DNA of 64,000 nucleotides from Bacteroidales bacterium. GTDB taxonomy: Bacteria > Bacteroidota > Bacteroidia > Bacteroidales > NBLH01. Within the stretch, counting starts at the first letter, position 1. Each line of letters begins with the position of its first letter. The stretch is from positions 11,529 to 75,528 of the forward strand of contig JAFGWC010000047.1 in assembly GCA_016937695.1 (NCBI GenBank), written 5' to 3'. Below the pieces are notes generated by a model, which ran no database searches, was not told the DNA's origin, and saw only the letters and a list, made by a program, of their open reading frames with translations. Made by a program: the position numbers and the translations under genes. Below, in pieces: positions 56,169 through 64,000 of the stretch.

Positions 56169-56459
56169 ATGAGAAAAAGTAATGCAACAACACTTGGTCA
56201 AGCAATAAGAGCTTATTTAAAGGCATTAGGACTTGATAATAAATTAAAAGAAAGAAGTTTAATAAATTCTTGGGAAGAAACATTGGGTAAAAATGTGGCT
56301 AATGCAACAAGTAATATTTATATTTATGATCAAAAATTATTTGTTGAATTAAATTCATCGATAATAAGAAACGAGCTTTTTATGATGAAATCTGCAATTA
56401 TGGATTCTTTAAATAAAAAAGCAGGCGAAATTATAATAAAAGATATTATACTTAAATAA
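56169..56459 (+). CDS. DUF721 (DciA-like) small protein
   Basis: The 96-aa protein has LGQAIRAYLKALGLD....E....SWEE.LG pattern, typical of Bacteroidota DUF721 proteins. Confidence 0.6.
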   Translation: MRKSNATTLGQAIRAYLKALGLDNKLKERSLINSWEETLGKNVANATSNIYIYDQKLFVELNSSIIRNELFMMKSAIMDSLNKKAGEIIIKDIILK

Positions 56460-56495
56460 TTCACAATTAAATATTTACAATAAAATAAAATAAAA

Positions 56496-56690
56496 ATGAA
56501 AAGAATATTTTACATTGCAAGTTTAGCAACAATAACAATCTTGATGTCTTGCGGAAGTCCATGCGAGAAGAAAAAATGTAGTGATTTTAAAACTCAAGAA
56601 GAAGCTCAGGAAGTTTATGAATCGGATAAAGATTGCTATAAAAATCTTGACAGAGACGGCGATGGAAAAGCTTGTGAAAGTTTACCTTAA
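56496..56690 (+). CDS. Small lipoprotein with an Excalibur calcium-binding domain
   Basis: Lipobox LMSCG. It has C.DF.TQEEAQ..Y.......LDRDGDG.ACE. Confidence 0.75.
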   Translation: MKRIFYIASLATITILMSCGSPCEKKKCSDFKTQEEAQEVYESDKDCYKNLDRDGDGKACESLP

Positions 56691-56766
56691 TTTTTAATTA
56701 TAGTATAAATTCGAAATAAAATAATTTTAAGTTTTAATTATCGAAAAATTATTGACTGAAAAATAT

Positions 56767-56828
56767 TGTTAAATTTCTGAATTATTAAATTACTAATAGA
56801 CAGCGTTTTACAATTCAGAAATTTAACA
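56767..56828. terminator. 17-bp perfect inverted repeat (TGTTAAATTTCTGAATT-28-AATTCAGAAATTTAACA) between convergent genes; probable bidirectional terminator
   Basis: Read directly. T-rich sequence follows on both strands. Confidence 0.5.
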
Positions 56829-56839
56829 TTTCATTCATC

Positions 56840-58912
56840 TTAATTACTTAATATTTTAGCTTCAACACGTCTGTTTTCTTGTCGTCCGGCTTCGGTTTTA
56901 TTTGTTGCTACAGGAAATTTAAAATATAAACCAACAGCTTTTAAGTTTGCATCTTTAACGCCTTGTCCTTTTAAATAATTAACTACTGATTTTGCTCTTG
57001 CCAGCGATAATCTGGTATTTACAGCTTTTGAACCTCTGTTATCTGTATGTCCGGATATTTCAAGAACTAAATTTGGGTATTTTTCAAACATTTTTGCAAG
57101 TCTGTTTAACTCAGAAAAAGACTCTGAACGCAAAGTTGATTTTCCGCTATCGAAAAAAGTATTGTAAAGAATAATTTTTGAACCAGGCGTCATTGGTTGT
57201 AAAGCAATATTTTTATAAATCTCGTTAAATCCGCTTGCCGCAGGAACAATAAAGTACTCTGAATGAAACATATAGCCATCAGCATTAACAGACATACCAT
57301 AATTTTTTCCTGTAGGTAAATTTACTGTATATGCGCCGGTATTTATATTAGATTTTACTTTTTTTAATAATTTTCCGTTTGCATTATCAACTATCTCTAT
57401 ATCAGACTCTAATGGTTTTCCTGTATTAAAGCCGGTTACTGTTCCTTTAACAATTGTCATTTCGGTGTATGTAATTTTTAAAGGTTCTTCATAAAATCCG
57501 TCATATACAGGATTAACCAAACTTGCAATTAAATCAATATCATCATTAGTTAAAAGAGGTTTTTCCGGTCCTAATAAAACAACATGATAAATATCTAATT
57601 GTCCTATTCCATCTTCGCGTGAACTTGAATAATAAGCATCTCTGTTATTTTTTTGGATATTAAAAAATAAATCATCATCAGGACTATTAATAGGTATTCC
57701 CATATTTTCAGGCTCATTCCACTCACCATCAATCATTTCTGATTTAAAAATATCATATCCACCAATTGTATTATGTCCTTTAGAACTGAAATACATAAAT
57801 TTTTCATCTGACGTTATATAAACGGAAGCTTCGTCATATTCTGTATTTATAGTAGCACCAATATTTTTGGGTTTCGACCATTTATTTGAGTTTTCAGGAA
57901 GTTCTGTTACATAAATATCTCTTCCACCTAAATTATTTTTATCAATATTACTAACAAAATACATTTTTTTTCCATCAGCAGTAAAACAAATTGAAGATTC
58001 GTTAGATTTATTACTATTTACTTTCTGTGATATTTCATGTATATTTTTCCATCTTCCATCATTTTGTGTTGCAGAATATAAATCGCCACCATCTTCTCTT
58101 CCTCGATAAATAATTAATTTTTCACCATCTTCTGATAATTCAACAGCTGCATCATTCCATTTTGTATTTATAGGTTCGCCAATGTTAGTAGCACTTTCCC
58201 ACTTTTTTCCATCCTTTTTAGAAACATAAATATCTTCATAAAATTTATCATCAATTGGGTTTAGTCTGTCTTTTTCTTCGCCTCTTCTTGAAGTAAATAT
58301 CATATAATCGCCATCTGTTGATAAAACTGCATTATAATCATCATAAACAGAATTTAACTCTTCATCAATATCATCAACTAATGCTCTGGTAATATTTTTT
58401 TCAATTTTCAATCCATTTTCACATTCACTTATATATTTATCAATTATTGGATTAAATTTTTTTTCTTGACTTTTTGTCAATGCATCTTTATAAGAACTAT
58501 ATTCGATAATTGCTTTGTTAAATTCTGAATTTAAATGTAAAGCTCTTGCTAATAAAAATGAGCTTTTTGGATGCACATTAAATTTTAATTCAATAGCTTT
58601 TTGTATAAATTTTAAAGATTTAGTTTTAGGATAAGATCTCAAATATGAAATCCCTAATAATAAATTCAATTCAGCATTTTCAGAATTATATTTGTATGCT
58701 TCTTCATAAAATTTTACAGCTTTTAAGTAACTTCCTGCACGATGTTGAAAAAACTGAAAATTTCCCTTAGAAATATTATCCCAAGCCGTTTTAAAGCCTT
58801 CTTCTGTAACTTTAAATTCTTTTTTATTTACATATATTCTTTCTTGAGAATAAGAATTTAAATTAAATATAAATAATAATATAATCGAAATAATAAATTT
58901 AGTTAATTTCAT
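56840..58912 (-). CDS. PorE-like T9SS-associated protein: TPR, TolB-type PD40 beta-propeller, carboxypeptidase-regulatory-like domain and an OmpA_C peptidoglycan-binding domain
   Basis: The signal peptide ends YS|QE. It has TPR-like helices and PD40 repeats (LSTDGDYMIFTS, LSEDGEKLIIY, FTADGKKMYFVS, ITSDEKFMYFSS). The CRD is VKGTVTG..TGKPL.S.IEIVD and the OmpA_C motif is GHTDN.GS...N..LS..RA..V..YL. Confidence 0.7.
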   Translation of the reverse strand: MKLTKFIISIILLFIFNLNSYSQERIYVNKKEFKVTEEGFKTAWDNISKGNFQFFQHRAGSYLKAVKFYEEAYKYNSENAELNLLLGISYLRSYPKTKSLKFIQKAIELKFNVHPKSSFLLARALHLNSEFNKAIIEYSSYKDALTKSQEKKFNPIIDKYISECENGLKIEKNITRALVDDIDEELNSVYDDYNAVLSTDGDYMIFTSRRGEEKDRLNPIDDKFYEDIYVSKKDGKKWESATNIGEPINTKWNDAAVELSEDGEKLIIYRGREDGGDLYSATQNDGRWKNIHEISQKVNSNKSNESSICFTADGKKMYFVSNIDKNNLGGRDIYVTELPENSNKWSKPKNIGATINTEYDEASVYITSDEKFMYFSSKGHNTIGGYDIFKSEMIDGEWNEPENMGIPINSPDDDLFFNIQKNNRDAYYSSSREDGIGQLDIYHVVLLGPEKPLLTNDDIDLIASLVNPVYDGFYEEPLKITYTEMTIVKGTVTGFNTGKPLESDIEIVDNANGKLLKKVKSNINTGAYTVNLPTGKNYGMSVNADGYMFHSEYFIVPAASGFNEIYKNIALQPMTPGSKIILYNTFFDSGKSTLRSESFSELNRLAKMFEKYPNLVLEISGHTDNRGSKAVNTRLSLARAKSVVNYLKGQGVKDANLKAVGLYFKFPVATNKTEAGRQENRRVEAKILSN

Positions 58913-58942
58913 CTGTTTATATTTTTAATATTTTTATAGGTT

Positions 58943-59005
58943 AGATGGAACATCCTTGAAAATCAATCCCTTTCGTGTTGATTTTTTTCTACATGTATGT
59001 TTCAT
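58943..59005 (-). promoter_or_regulatory. Conserved bipartite leader element, copy B
   Basis: Coding strand reads ATGAAACATACATG, then 36 nt, then GGATGTTCCATCT, then 30 nt, then ATG of the PorE-like gene. Confidence 0.6.
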
Positions 59006-59071
59006 ATTTATTTTATAATTCATCAATTAAAATTTGAATATATTTTTAGTAACTTACTGTTAATAAGCAAA

Positions 59072-60121
59072 TTAATTACATCCTTTTTTAAATAATTCCG
59101 GATTTTCAACACCAAGTTCAATTGCTTTATTCCAATCCTGACAAGCACCTTCAAAATCTCTTAACATTTCTTTAGCATTACCTCTGTTTGCATAAGCTTG
59201 ATTGTAATTATTATCTATACTTATTGCTTTATTAAAGTTATTTAAAGCATCTTCATATTTTTTTTGTTTCATAAAAACTATTCCAAGACTGTTATATGCA
59301 AATTTATATTTAGGATTTAACTTTATTGCTTTTTCCAAATCATTTATGGCTTCCTCATATTTTTCTTTTTCGGTATACACAATAGCTCTATTGTTGTATG
59401 CAATAAAATAATTTGCATCAATTTTTAATGCATTTGTATATTCGTCTATAGCTCCATTTAAATCTTTAAGTTCTTTTTTGGCATTTCCCATACTGTTATA
59501 TGCAATATACAATTTTGGATTAATGCTTAAAGCTTTTCTGTAATCTAATATTGCGCCATCATAATTTTTCAAAATCATTTTTACACTAGCTCTGTCATTA
59601 TATGCATATGCATATTCTTTGTCAATTCTAATTGCTTCAGAAAATTCTTTTAATGCTCCTTGGTAATCATTTAGCATAAATTTAACAACTCCCAAATAAT
59701 AATAAACCTTAGCATCGATTAAACCATAATTTATAGCATTTTCTATATCAAGTTTAGCATTAGCAAAATCGTTGGTATAAAGTTTTACAAGGCCTCGGCT
59801 AAAAAATGCCTTATCATATTTAGGTTTTAATTTAATAGCTTCGTTGTAATCATTTATTGCTTCTTTATACTTTTTTAGTTCAACATTAGCATTTGCTCTG
59901 TTATAAAATGCCTGATAAAAGTTATTTTTATGTTTTATGGCATTTGTATAAGCCACAATAGCATCTTCAAAATTACCGATATTATATTTTTCAATACCCT
60001 TATTAAATTCAAGTTCAGCTTCTTGATTATCAGCAACAACAAAATTTTCATCAATATTTTGTGATTTAACATTTAAAACAATCAAAAAACTTATTACTAA
60101 ATATAAAAATATTTTCCTCAT
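59072..60121 (-). CDS. Exported TPR-repeat protein
   Basis: The signal peptide ends KS|QN. About nine 34-aa repeats follow, with the A..Y..AI...P.Y..AY.NRG pattern. Confidence 0.8.
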   Translation of the reverse strand: MRKIFLYLVISFLIVLNVKSQNIDENFVVADNQEAELEFNKGIEKYNIGNFEDAIVAYTNAIKHKNNFYQAFYNRANANVELKKYKEAINDYNEAIKLKPKYDKAFFSRGLVKLYTNDFANAKLDIENAINYGLIDAKVYYYLGVVKFMLNDYQGALKEFSEAIRIDKEYAYAYNDRASVKMILKNYDGAILDYRKALSINPKLYIAYNSMGNAKKELKDLNGAIDEYTNALKIDANYFIAYNNRAIVYTEKEKYEEAINDLEKAIKLNPKYKFAYNSLGIVFMKQKKYEDALNNFNKAISIDNNYNQAYANRGNAKEMLRDFEGACQDWNKAIELGVENPELFKKGCN

Positions 60122-60425
60122 CTTTTTTTGGATTTATAAAAACTTTTAATTTCTAATTTAAATTATTTCGAGTAAACTTTTAAACATATTTATTGTCAAA
60201 TAATAAATTCTTATCATACAAATTTAAATTTTTATTGTTTAAGATACAAAATGATAAAACTTTTATGTTTTTAAAACCTTACTTTTTCAAGAAAAAAAGG
60301 AATATTAGTAAATTTTTAATAAAATATTTTCACTTTTACTTGTCTTTTTGTTAATTATTATTTACTTTAGCATAAAATTTAATAATTGATTAAACCTATT
60401 TATTTTATAACTAAAAAATAAACCA

Positions 60426-60956
60426 ATGACAATCACAAGAATTATTTTAACAACAATTATTAGTTTGTCTATATTTTTTAACTATAATTCTTCGGCTCAA
60501 AATTCTGCTGATATAAAAAATCTGGAAACGGTAATAAATTTAGCAAAATTTATAGAATGGCCACAAATTTCAGAAAATAATTTGACAAAGAAAATATTAT
60601 ATATAATTACAGATGAAAATACTCCAATAAATTATGAGTTGCAAACACGTTCAAAATTTAATTATAAAAACTGGCAAGTGATATGCAGTCAAACAATAAA
60701 TAATATACCAAAAGGCTCTGTTATTTTTTTAATGACTAAGAAAAACAAAAAGATTGAAAAAATCATAAAAATATCTCAATCGAAAGAAATATTAACTATA
60801 TCGGATAATTTAGATGGTTTTTGCCTTATTGGAGGAATGATTAATATAAAAAAACAAGCAGAAAATACAAAAATTGAAATAAATTATAAAGAAATTAATA
60901 ATAAAAATATGCAAATTAGTTCAAAATTATTAGCTTTAGCTAAAATTTATGATTAA
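60426..60956 (+). CDS. YfiR-like (DUF4154) periplasmic protein, copy 1
   Basis: The signal peptide ends SA|QN. Motifs LAKFIEWPQ, VIFLM, LTISDN..F...GGMINI, I.INY and ISSKLLALAKI are present. Confidence 0.7.
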   Translation: MTITRIILTTIISLSIFFNYNSSAQNSADIKNLETVINLAKFIEWPQISENNLTKKILYIITDENTPINYELQTRSKFNYKNWQVICSQTINNIPKGSVIFLMTKKNKKIEKIIKISQSKEILTISDNLDGFCLIGGMINIKKQAENTKIEINYKEINNKNMQISSKLLALAKIYD

Positions 60957-61440
60957 TATGAAAGACGAAAAACTTGAACCTGAACTAATAAAATCAGCAT
61001 ACATTAATAATATTACAAAATTCATAGAATGGCCTCAAAATGCTTTTAATTTTAGTATGTCGCCCTTTATTTTAGGCATATTTGGCAACGAACAATTAAT
61101 TCCACACTTATCTCTCACATTAAGAAATAAAAAAATAAAAGGTCGCAATTGGAAATTAGAGCTCTACCACACACCTGAGGAAATAAAACATTGCCATTTA
61201 ATTTTTTTAAGCCACTTGAAAAACAGTGAAATTGAATATCTTATCGATTATTTAAAAAACAAACATATTTTAACTATTGGCGATAATATAAAAAACTTTT
61301 GTGAAATTGGCGGAATGATTAACTTAATTGGCGAAATTCCAAATTTGGGATTTGAAATAAACCAAAAAGTTATACAAAAGGAAGAGCTGAATATTAGTTC
61401 TGAATTATTAGATTTAGCAATATTAATTGATAGTTTTTAA
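60949..61440 (+). CDS. YfiR-like (DUF4154) protein, copy 2, without a recognisable signal peptide
   Basis: The motifs ITKFIEWPQ, HLIFLS, LTIGDN..F...GGMINL, FEINQ and ISSELLDLAILI are present. The N-terminus MINMKDEKLEPELIK is hydrophilic. The start overlaps the copy 1 stop by 8 nt. Confidence 0.65.
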   Translation: MINMKDEKLEPELIKSAYINNITKFIEWPQNAFNFSMSPFILGIFGNEQLIPHLSLTLRNKKIKGRNWKLELYHTPEEIKHCHLIFLSHLKNSEIEYLIDYLKNKHILTIGDNIKNFCEIGGMINLIGEIPNLGFEINQKVIQKEELNISSELLDLAILIDSF

Positions 61441-61443
61441 ATA

Positions 61444-63315
61444 ATGAATTTCATTAATAATTTATCGATAAGAATAAAAATAATAATTCTTATTGTAGTT
61501 ATAAGTACAATAAATATAGTTTTCGCATCTTTTTCATATTTTAGTTACGATAAAAAAGATTATTACAAAGAAATTATTGATAAACTTAATATTTTATCAG
61601 ACATAATAGGTGAAAGCAATTCTGCCACAATGCTTTTTAAAGATTATAAAATTGCTAATGAATACATTTCGTCCTTAAAAGTTGACAAAAATATATTACA
61701 AGCAAATATTTTTCTTTCAGATTCAACTAAACTCGCAAATTACACTTCAAAATTTAAAAGCTTAAAAACAGAAAAAAAATATGATTTCTCAATCAAAAAA
61801 GACACAATAATTTTTTATGATGATATTATTACAATCAATAAACCGATAGAATTTGATTTTGATTACATTGGAACAGTTAGAATTGAATATAGTTTAGCCG
61901 GATACGATGAAAAAGTTAATCGATATATCAGAATAATTTTTATAATTCTATCTATTTCAATTATAGCAGCTACAATTCTAGCTTTTATATTTCAAAAAAT
62001 AATAACAAAACCAATATTTGGACTTTACAATACAATGAATAAAATATCAAGAAAAAAAGATTATTCTATTCGTTCAAAAAACACAACAAAAGATGAAATC
62101 GGAAAACTTTCAGATGGTTTTAACACAATGATTCATCAAATTGAAAAACAAAATAATGAACTAAATACTGCAAAAGAAAATGCAGTTTCTTCTCTCAAAG
62201 CAAAAGAACGATTTCTTGCAAATATGACTCATGAATTACGAACACCTCTAAATTCAATTATCGGTTTATCAAGTCTTATTGAAGAAACAAGTTTAAATAA
62301 CGAACAAAAAAATTATCTCAGCAATATAAAATCTTCATCATCACATCTTTTATCAATTATTAACGATTTGCTCGAATTTTCAAAACTTGGCTCAGGAAAA
62401 TTAAATTTTGAAAAGCGTGAATTTACAATCCGTTCAACCATCGACAGAATAAAAGATTCTATGAAGTTTGAGCTTGATAAAAGAAATCTTGAATTTAAAA
62501 CTGCAATTGATGACTCAGTGCCTCATTTGCTTATTGGTGATGAATACAGATTAAATCAAGTTTTAATTAACCTAATTGGAAATGCTATAAAATTTACACC
62601 TAAAGGAAGCATAACTCTAACGATTAAAGTACTTTTTGAAACTGAATCAAAATCAAATTTGGAATTTAAAGTTATTGATACAGGAATTGGTATAAAACCA
62701 GACAGACAAAAAATTATTTTCGACAGTTTCACCCAAGAAAGCTTTGGAACATCAAGAGAATATGGCGGAACCGGTTTAGGTTTATCTATTACAAAAGAAC
62801 TTATCGAACTTCAAGGCGGTGAAATTAGAGTTGAAAGTGAAAAAAATAAAGGAAGTTCATTTATTTTTATAATCCCATTTCAAAAAAAATTAATAACCGA
62901 CTCATTTGTAAATTATAAAAAAAATTATGCACCTGAAAACATTAAAATATTAGTTGTTGATGATAACGAAATGAACCTTTTATTCACTAAATCATTACTG
63001 ATTAAAAGAAATTTTATGGTAGAAACTTCAAATAATGGAATCGAAGCCTTAGAGAAAATTAATACAGGAAATTTTAATTTATTGTTGCTTGATTTATATA
63101 TGCCAGAAATGGATGGTTATCAAATAAGTAAAAAAATTCGCTCTTTAGATAATGAAAATTTAAAAAATATTCCTATAATTGCAATAACTGCAGCTGCTAC
63201 AATAAGCGAAATAAAAAAATGCTTTAAATTTGGCATGAATGATTATCTTACAAAACCAGTTGACAATGAAGTTTTAATTTCAAAAATATTGGCAATATTA
63301 CATATTAAAGAATAA
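61444..63315 (+). CDS. Hybrid sensor histidine kinase (TM, periplasmic domain, TM, HAMP, HisKA, HATPase, receiver)
   Basis: The H-box is MTHELRTPLNSI and the N-box NLIGNAIKFT, with DTGIGI and GGTGLGLSI. The receiver region is VVDDNEMN...LLDLYMPEMDGY...TKP. Confidence 0.9.
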   Translation: MNFINNLSIRIKIIILIVVISTINIVFASFSYFSYDKKDYYKEIIDKLNILSDIIGESNSATMLFKDYKIANEYISSLKVDKNILQANIFLSDSTKLANYTSKFKSLKTEKKYDFSIKKDTIIFYDDIITINKPIEFDFDYIGTVRIEYSLAGYDEKVNRYIRIIFIILSISIIAATILAFIFQKIITKPIFGLYNTMNKISRKKDYSIRSKNTTKDEIGKLSDGFNTMIHQIEKQNNELNTAKENAVSSLKAKERFLANMTHELRTPLNSIIGLSSLIEETSLNNEQKNYLSNIKSSSSHLLSIINDLLEFSKLGSGKLNFEKREFTIRSTIDRIKDSMKFELDKRNLEFKTAIDDSVPHLLIGDEYRLNQVLINLIGNAIKFTPKGSITLTIKVLFETESKSNLEFKVIDTGIGIKPDRQKIIFDSFTQESFGTSREYGGTGLGLSITKELIELQGGEIRVESEKNKGSSFIFIIPFQKKLITDSFVNYKKNYAPENIKILVVDDNEMNLLFTKSLLIKRNFMVETSNNGIEALEKINTGNFNLLLLDLYMPEMDGYQISKKIRSLDNENLKNIPIIAITAAATISEIKKCFKFGMNDYLTKPVDNEVLISKILAILHIKE

Positions 63316-63321
63316 CATAAA

Positions 63322-63654
63322 ATGATTGATTTAAGCTATTTAATAAAGACCACGAACAATGACAAAGAAGTCATTATGCAATTAATTGATATTTTTAAAT
63401 CTCAGCTTCCTGAATTAAAAGAAAATATAATAGATGCTTATAAAAATAAAAATTGGACTGCTTTAAAAGAAGCTTCGCATAAAGCAAAAAATTCTTTCCA
63501 AATGATGGGTTTAGAAAAAACTGCATCTAAACTTAAACAAATCGAAATTGAGTGTACTGACAATAATAATCCAAATATAGACTCTCATATAAAAAGTTTT
63601 TTAGCTGATTTCGAATTAATAACTTTAGAAGTAAAAAATGGAATAGAGATTTAA
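63322..63654 (+). CDS. Hpt (histidine phosphotransfer) protein
   Basis: The 110-aa protein has a four-helix pattern with ASHKAKNSFQMMGL. Confidence 0.75.
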   Translation: MIDLSYLIKTTNNDKEVIMQLIDIFKSQLPELKENIIDAYKNKNWTALKEASHKAKNSFQMMGLEKTASKLKQIEIECTDNNNPNIDSHIKSFLADFELITLEVKNGIEI

Positions 63655-63781
63655 TTTTTAATTCATCAAATATTTTCTAAACTTCGCACATAATTAATTG
63701 CTAAACAGCAACTTAAAAACTAAAAAATAATCGTTTCAGCAAAACAAAGTAAAACTCATTTTGTATAAAAACTTATTAATT

Positions 63782-63789
63782 TAACTTTG
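63782..63789 (+). promoter_or_regulatory. Candidate -7 promoter box TAACTTTG for the downstream TonB-dependent receptor
   Basis: A perfect TAnnTTTG 29 nt upstream of the ATG at 63818. Confidence 0.4.
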
Positions 63790-63817
63790 CAGGCTAAATT
63801 TAAAAAACTACATCAAA

Positions 63818-64000
63818 ATGAGAATTTCACACAAAAAAAAATCTAATGTTGAATTATATTTCAACAAATGGAGCAGAAAAAAAAACTCTGCATTTTTATC
63901 ATTAAATAAAATTATTAAAATTTCTGTTTTAACAATTAGCTACTTTATGCTAAACGCATTTACAACCTTTGCTCAAACAGATACAATTAAAATTGATGAG
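63818..64000 (+). CDS. TonB-dependent receptor, N-terminal fragment (continues beyond the window)
   Basis: The frame is open from the ATG at 63818 to the window end. The signal peptide ends FA|QT and is followed by DTIKIDE, the usual TonB-box/plug lead-in. It is not in the supplied ORF track because it has no stop. Confidence 0.55.
   Translation, partial: MRISHKKKSNVELYFNKWSRKKNSAFLSLNKIIKISVLTISYFMLNAFTTFAQTDTIKIDE

Noticed and set aside
12603-57174. The remaining embedded ORFs of 60-139 aa, for example 12603-12830, 15680-16099, 16347-16677, 18867-19175, 19706-19921, 20452-20694, 22110-22690, 22835-23050, 25863-26045, 27174-27590, 29624-29827, 30539-30730, 33035-33724, 34969-35280, 36464-36910, 37228-37410, 38303-38554, 40192-40404, 42314-42997, 44653-44892, 45785-46511, 47194-47388, 48606-49277, 50612-50943 and 56992-57174.
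   Set aside because: The reasoning is the same. Each overlaps a well-supported CDS, mostly antisense, and has a composition typical of non-coding frames (I/L/F/K/N-rich). None is needed to explain any intergenic space.
4173-59005. GGAAC in block 1, TGAAAC in block 2 and TGGCA after block 1 read as ECF-sigma -35 elements or a sigma-54 -24/-12 promoter.
   Set aside because: GGAAC lies on the strand opposite to the genes. TGAAAC is not followed by a conserved CGT-type -10 at a constant 16-17 nt; the spacings would be 23-27 nt and differ between copies. TGGCA occurs only in copy A and has no GC 10 nt downstream.
60940-60960. Programmed ribosomal frameshifting joining the two YfiR-like ORFs.
   Set aside because: No X_XXY_YYZ slippery heptamer or downstream structure lies at the junction. 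The ATGATTAA overlap is a common translational-coupling arrangement.
63655-63817. A possible riboswitch (for example cobalamin or TPP) upstream of the TonB-dependent receptor fragment.
   Set aside because: The region is short, very AT-rich and lacks any conserved riboswitch core sequences I know. A -7 box 29 nt from the ATG implies a short leader.
1-64000. A search by eye for tRNA/rRNA genes, CRISPR repeats, IS elements, prophage or conjugative genes and toxin-antitoxin pairs.
   Set aside because: No GC-rich cloverleaf-like segments, no regularly spaced direct repeats, and no transposase, integrase, capsid or relaxase-like ORFs were seen. The intergenic regions are explained by promoters, leaders and terminators.

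Overview
This is a visibly AT-rich chromosomal segment from a Bacteroidota genome. Lineage evidence: SusC/SusD pairs, T9SS sorting domains, a GldH-like lipoprotein, TAnnTTTG-type -7 boxes and no Shine-Dalgarno sequences. I found no rRNA, tRNA, CRISPR array, IS element, transposase, integrase or phage gene.

Gene content, left to right:
- 3' part of a DPP-IV-type peptidase.
- Alpha-glucan (starch/maltodextrin) utilisation locus, 1.3-24.3 kb. It holds a T9SS-secreted GH13 enzyme, SusF-/SusE-like lipoproteins, SusD, SusC, a divergent LacI-family regulator, an MFS sugar permease, beta-phosphoglucomutase, a GH65 maltose phosphorylase and three more GH13 enzymes.
- Outer-membrane barrel plus a T9SS-secreted 'two-component-regulator propeller' protein.
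- SDR / GldH-like / glutaminyl cyclase / SixA operon.
- FGE-like protein, a cadherin/Ig adhesin with a type-B T9SS C-terminal domain, and a PorP/SprF-like protein with a SPOR-like tail.
- Two membrane PP2C (SpoIIE) phosphatases, a sirtuin, a free-standing homologue of the archaeal ThrRS editing domain, a PHP phosphatase and a His-rich hypothetical protein.
- Two full-length RelA/SpoT homologues in tandem. One is co-oriented and tightly packed with a T9SS cargo gene, an inactive M16 peptidase homologue and a hypothetical gene.
- proS, a DUF721 protein and an Excalibur lipoprotein.
- A PorE-like TPR/PD40/CRD/OmpA protein and a TPR protein.
- A YfiR-YfiR-hybrid kinase-Hpt cluster followed by the start of a TonB-dependent receptor.

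Observations most worth follow-up:
1. A conserved bipartite 5' leader (two mutually complementary blocks at fixed distance from the ATG). It sits only upstream of the two type-A T9SS cargo genes and the PorE-like gene.
2. The tandem RSH pair with reciprocal motif decay, consistent with one synthetase-type and one hydrolase-only enzyme.
3. A 17-nt motif plus intrinsic-terminator module, present in inverted orientation on both sides of the ThrRS-editing-domain homologue. A third, weaker copy lies in the 3' UTR of the T9SS amylase.
4. A SprF-SPOR fusion in an adhesin secretion cassette.
5. LacI-type palindromes followed by a strong terminator in the leader of the maltose-catabolic operon.

All functional calls rest on motifs read by eye. 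No database search was possible.
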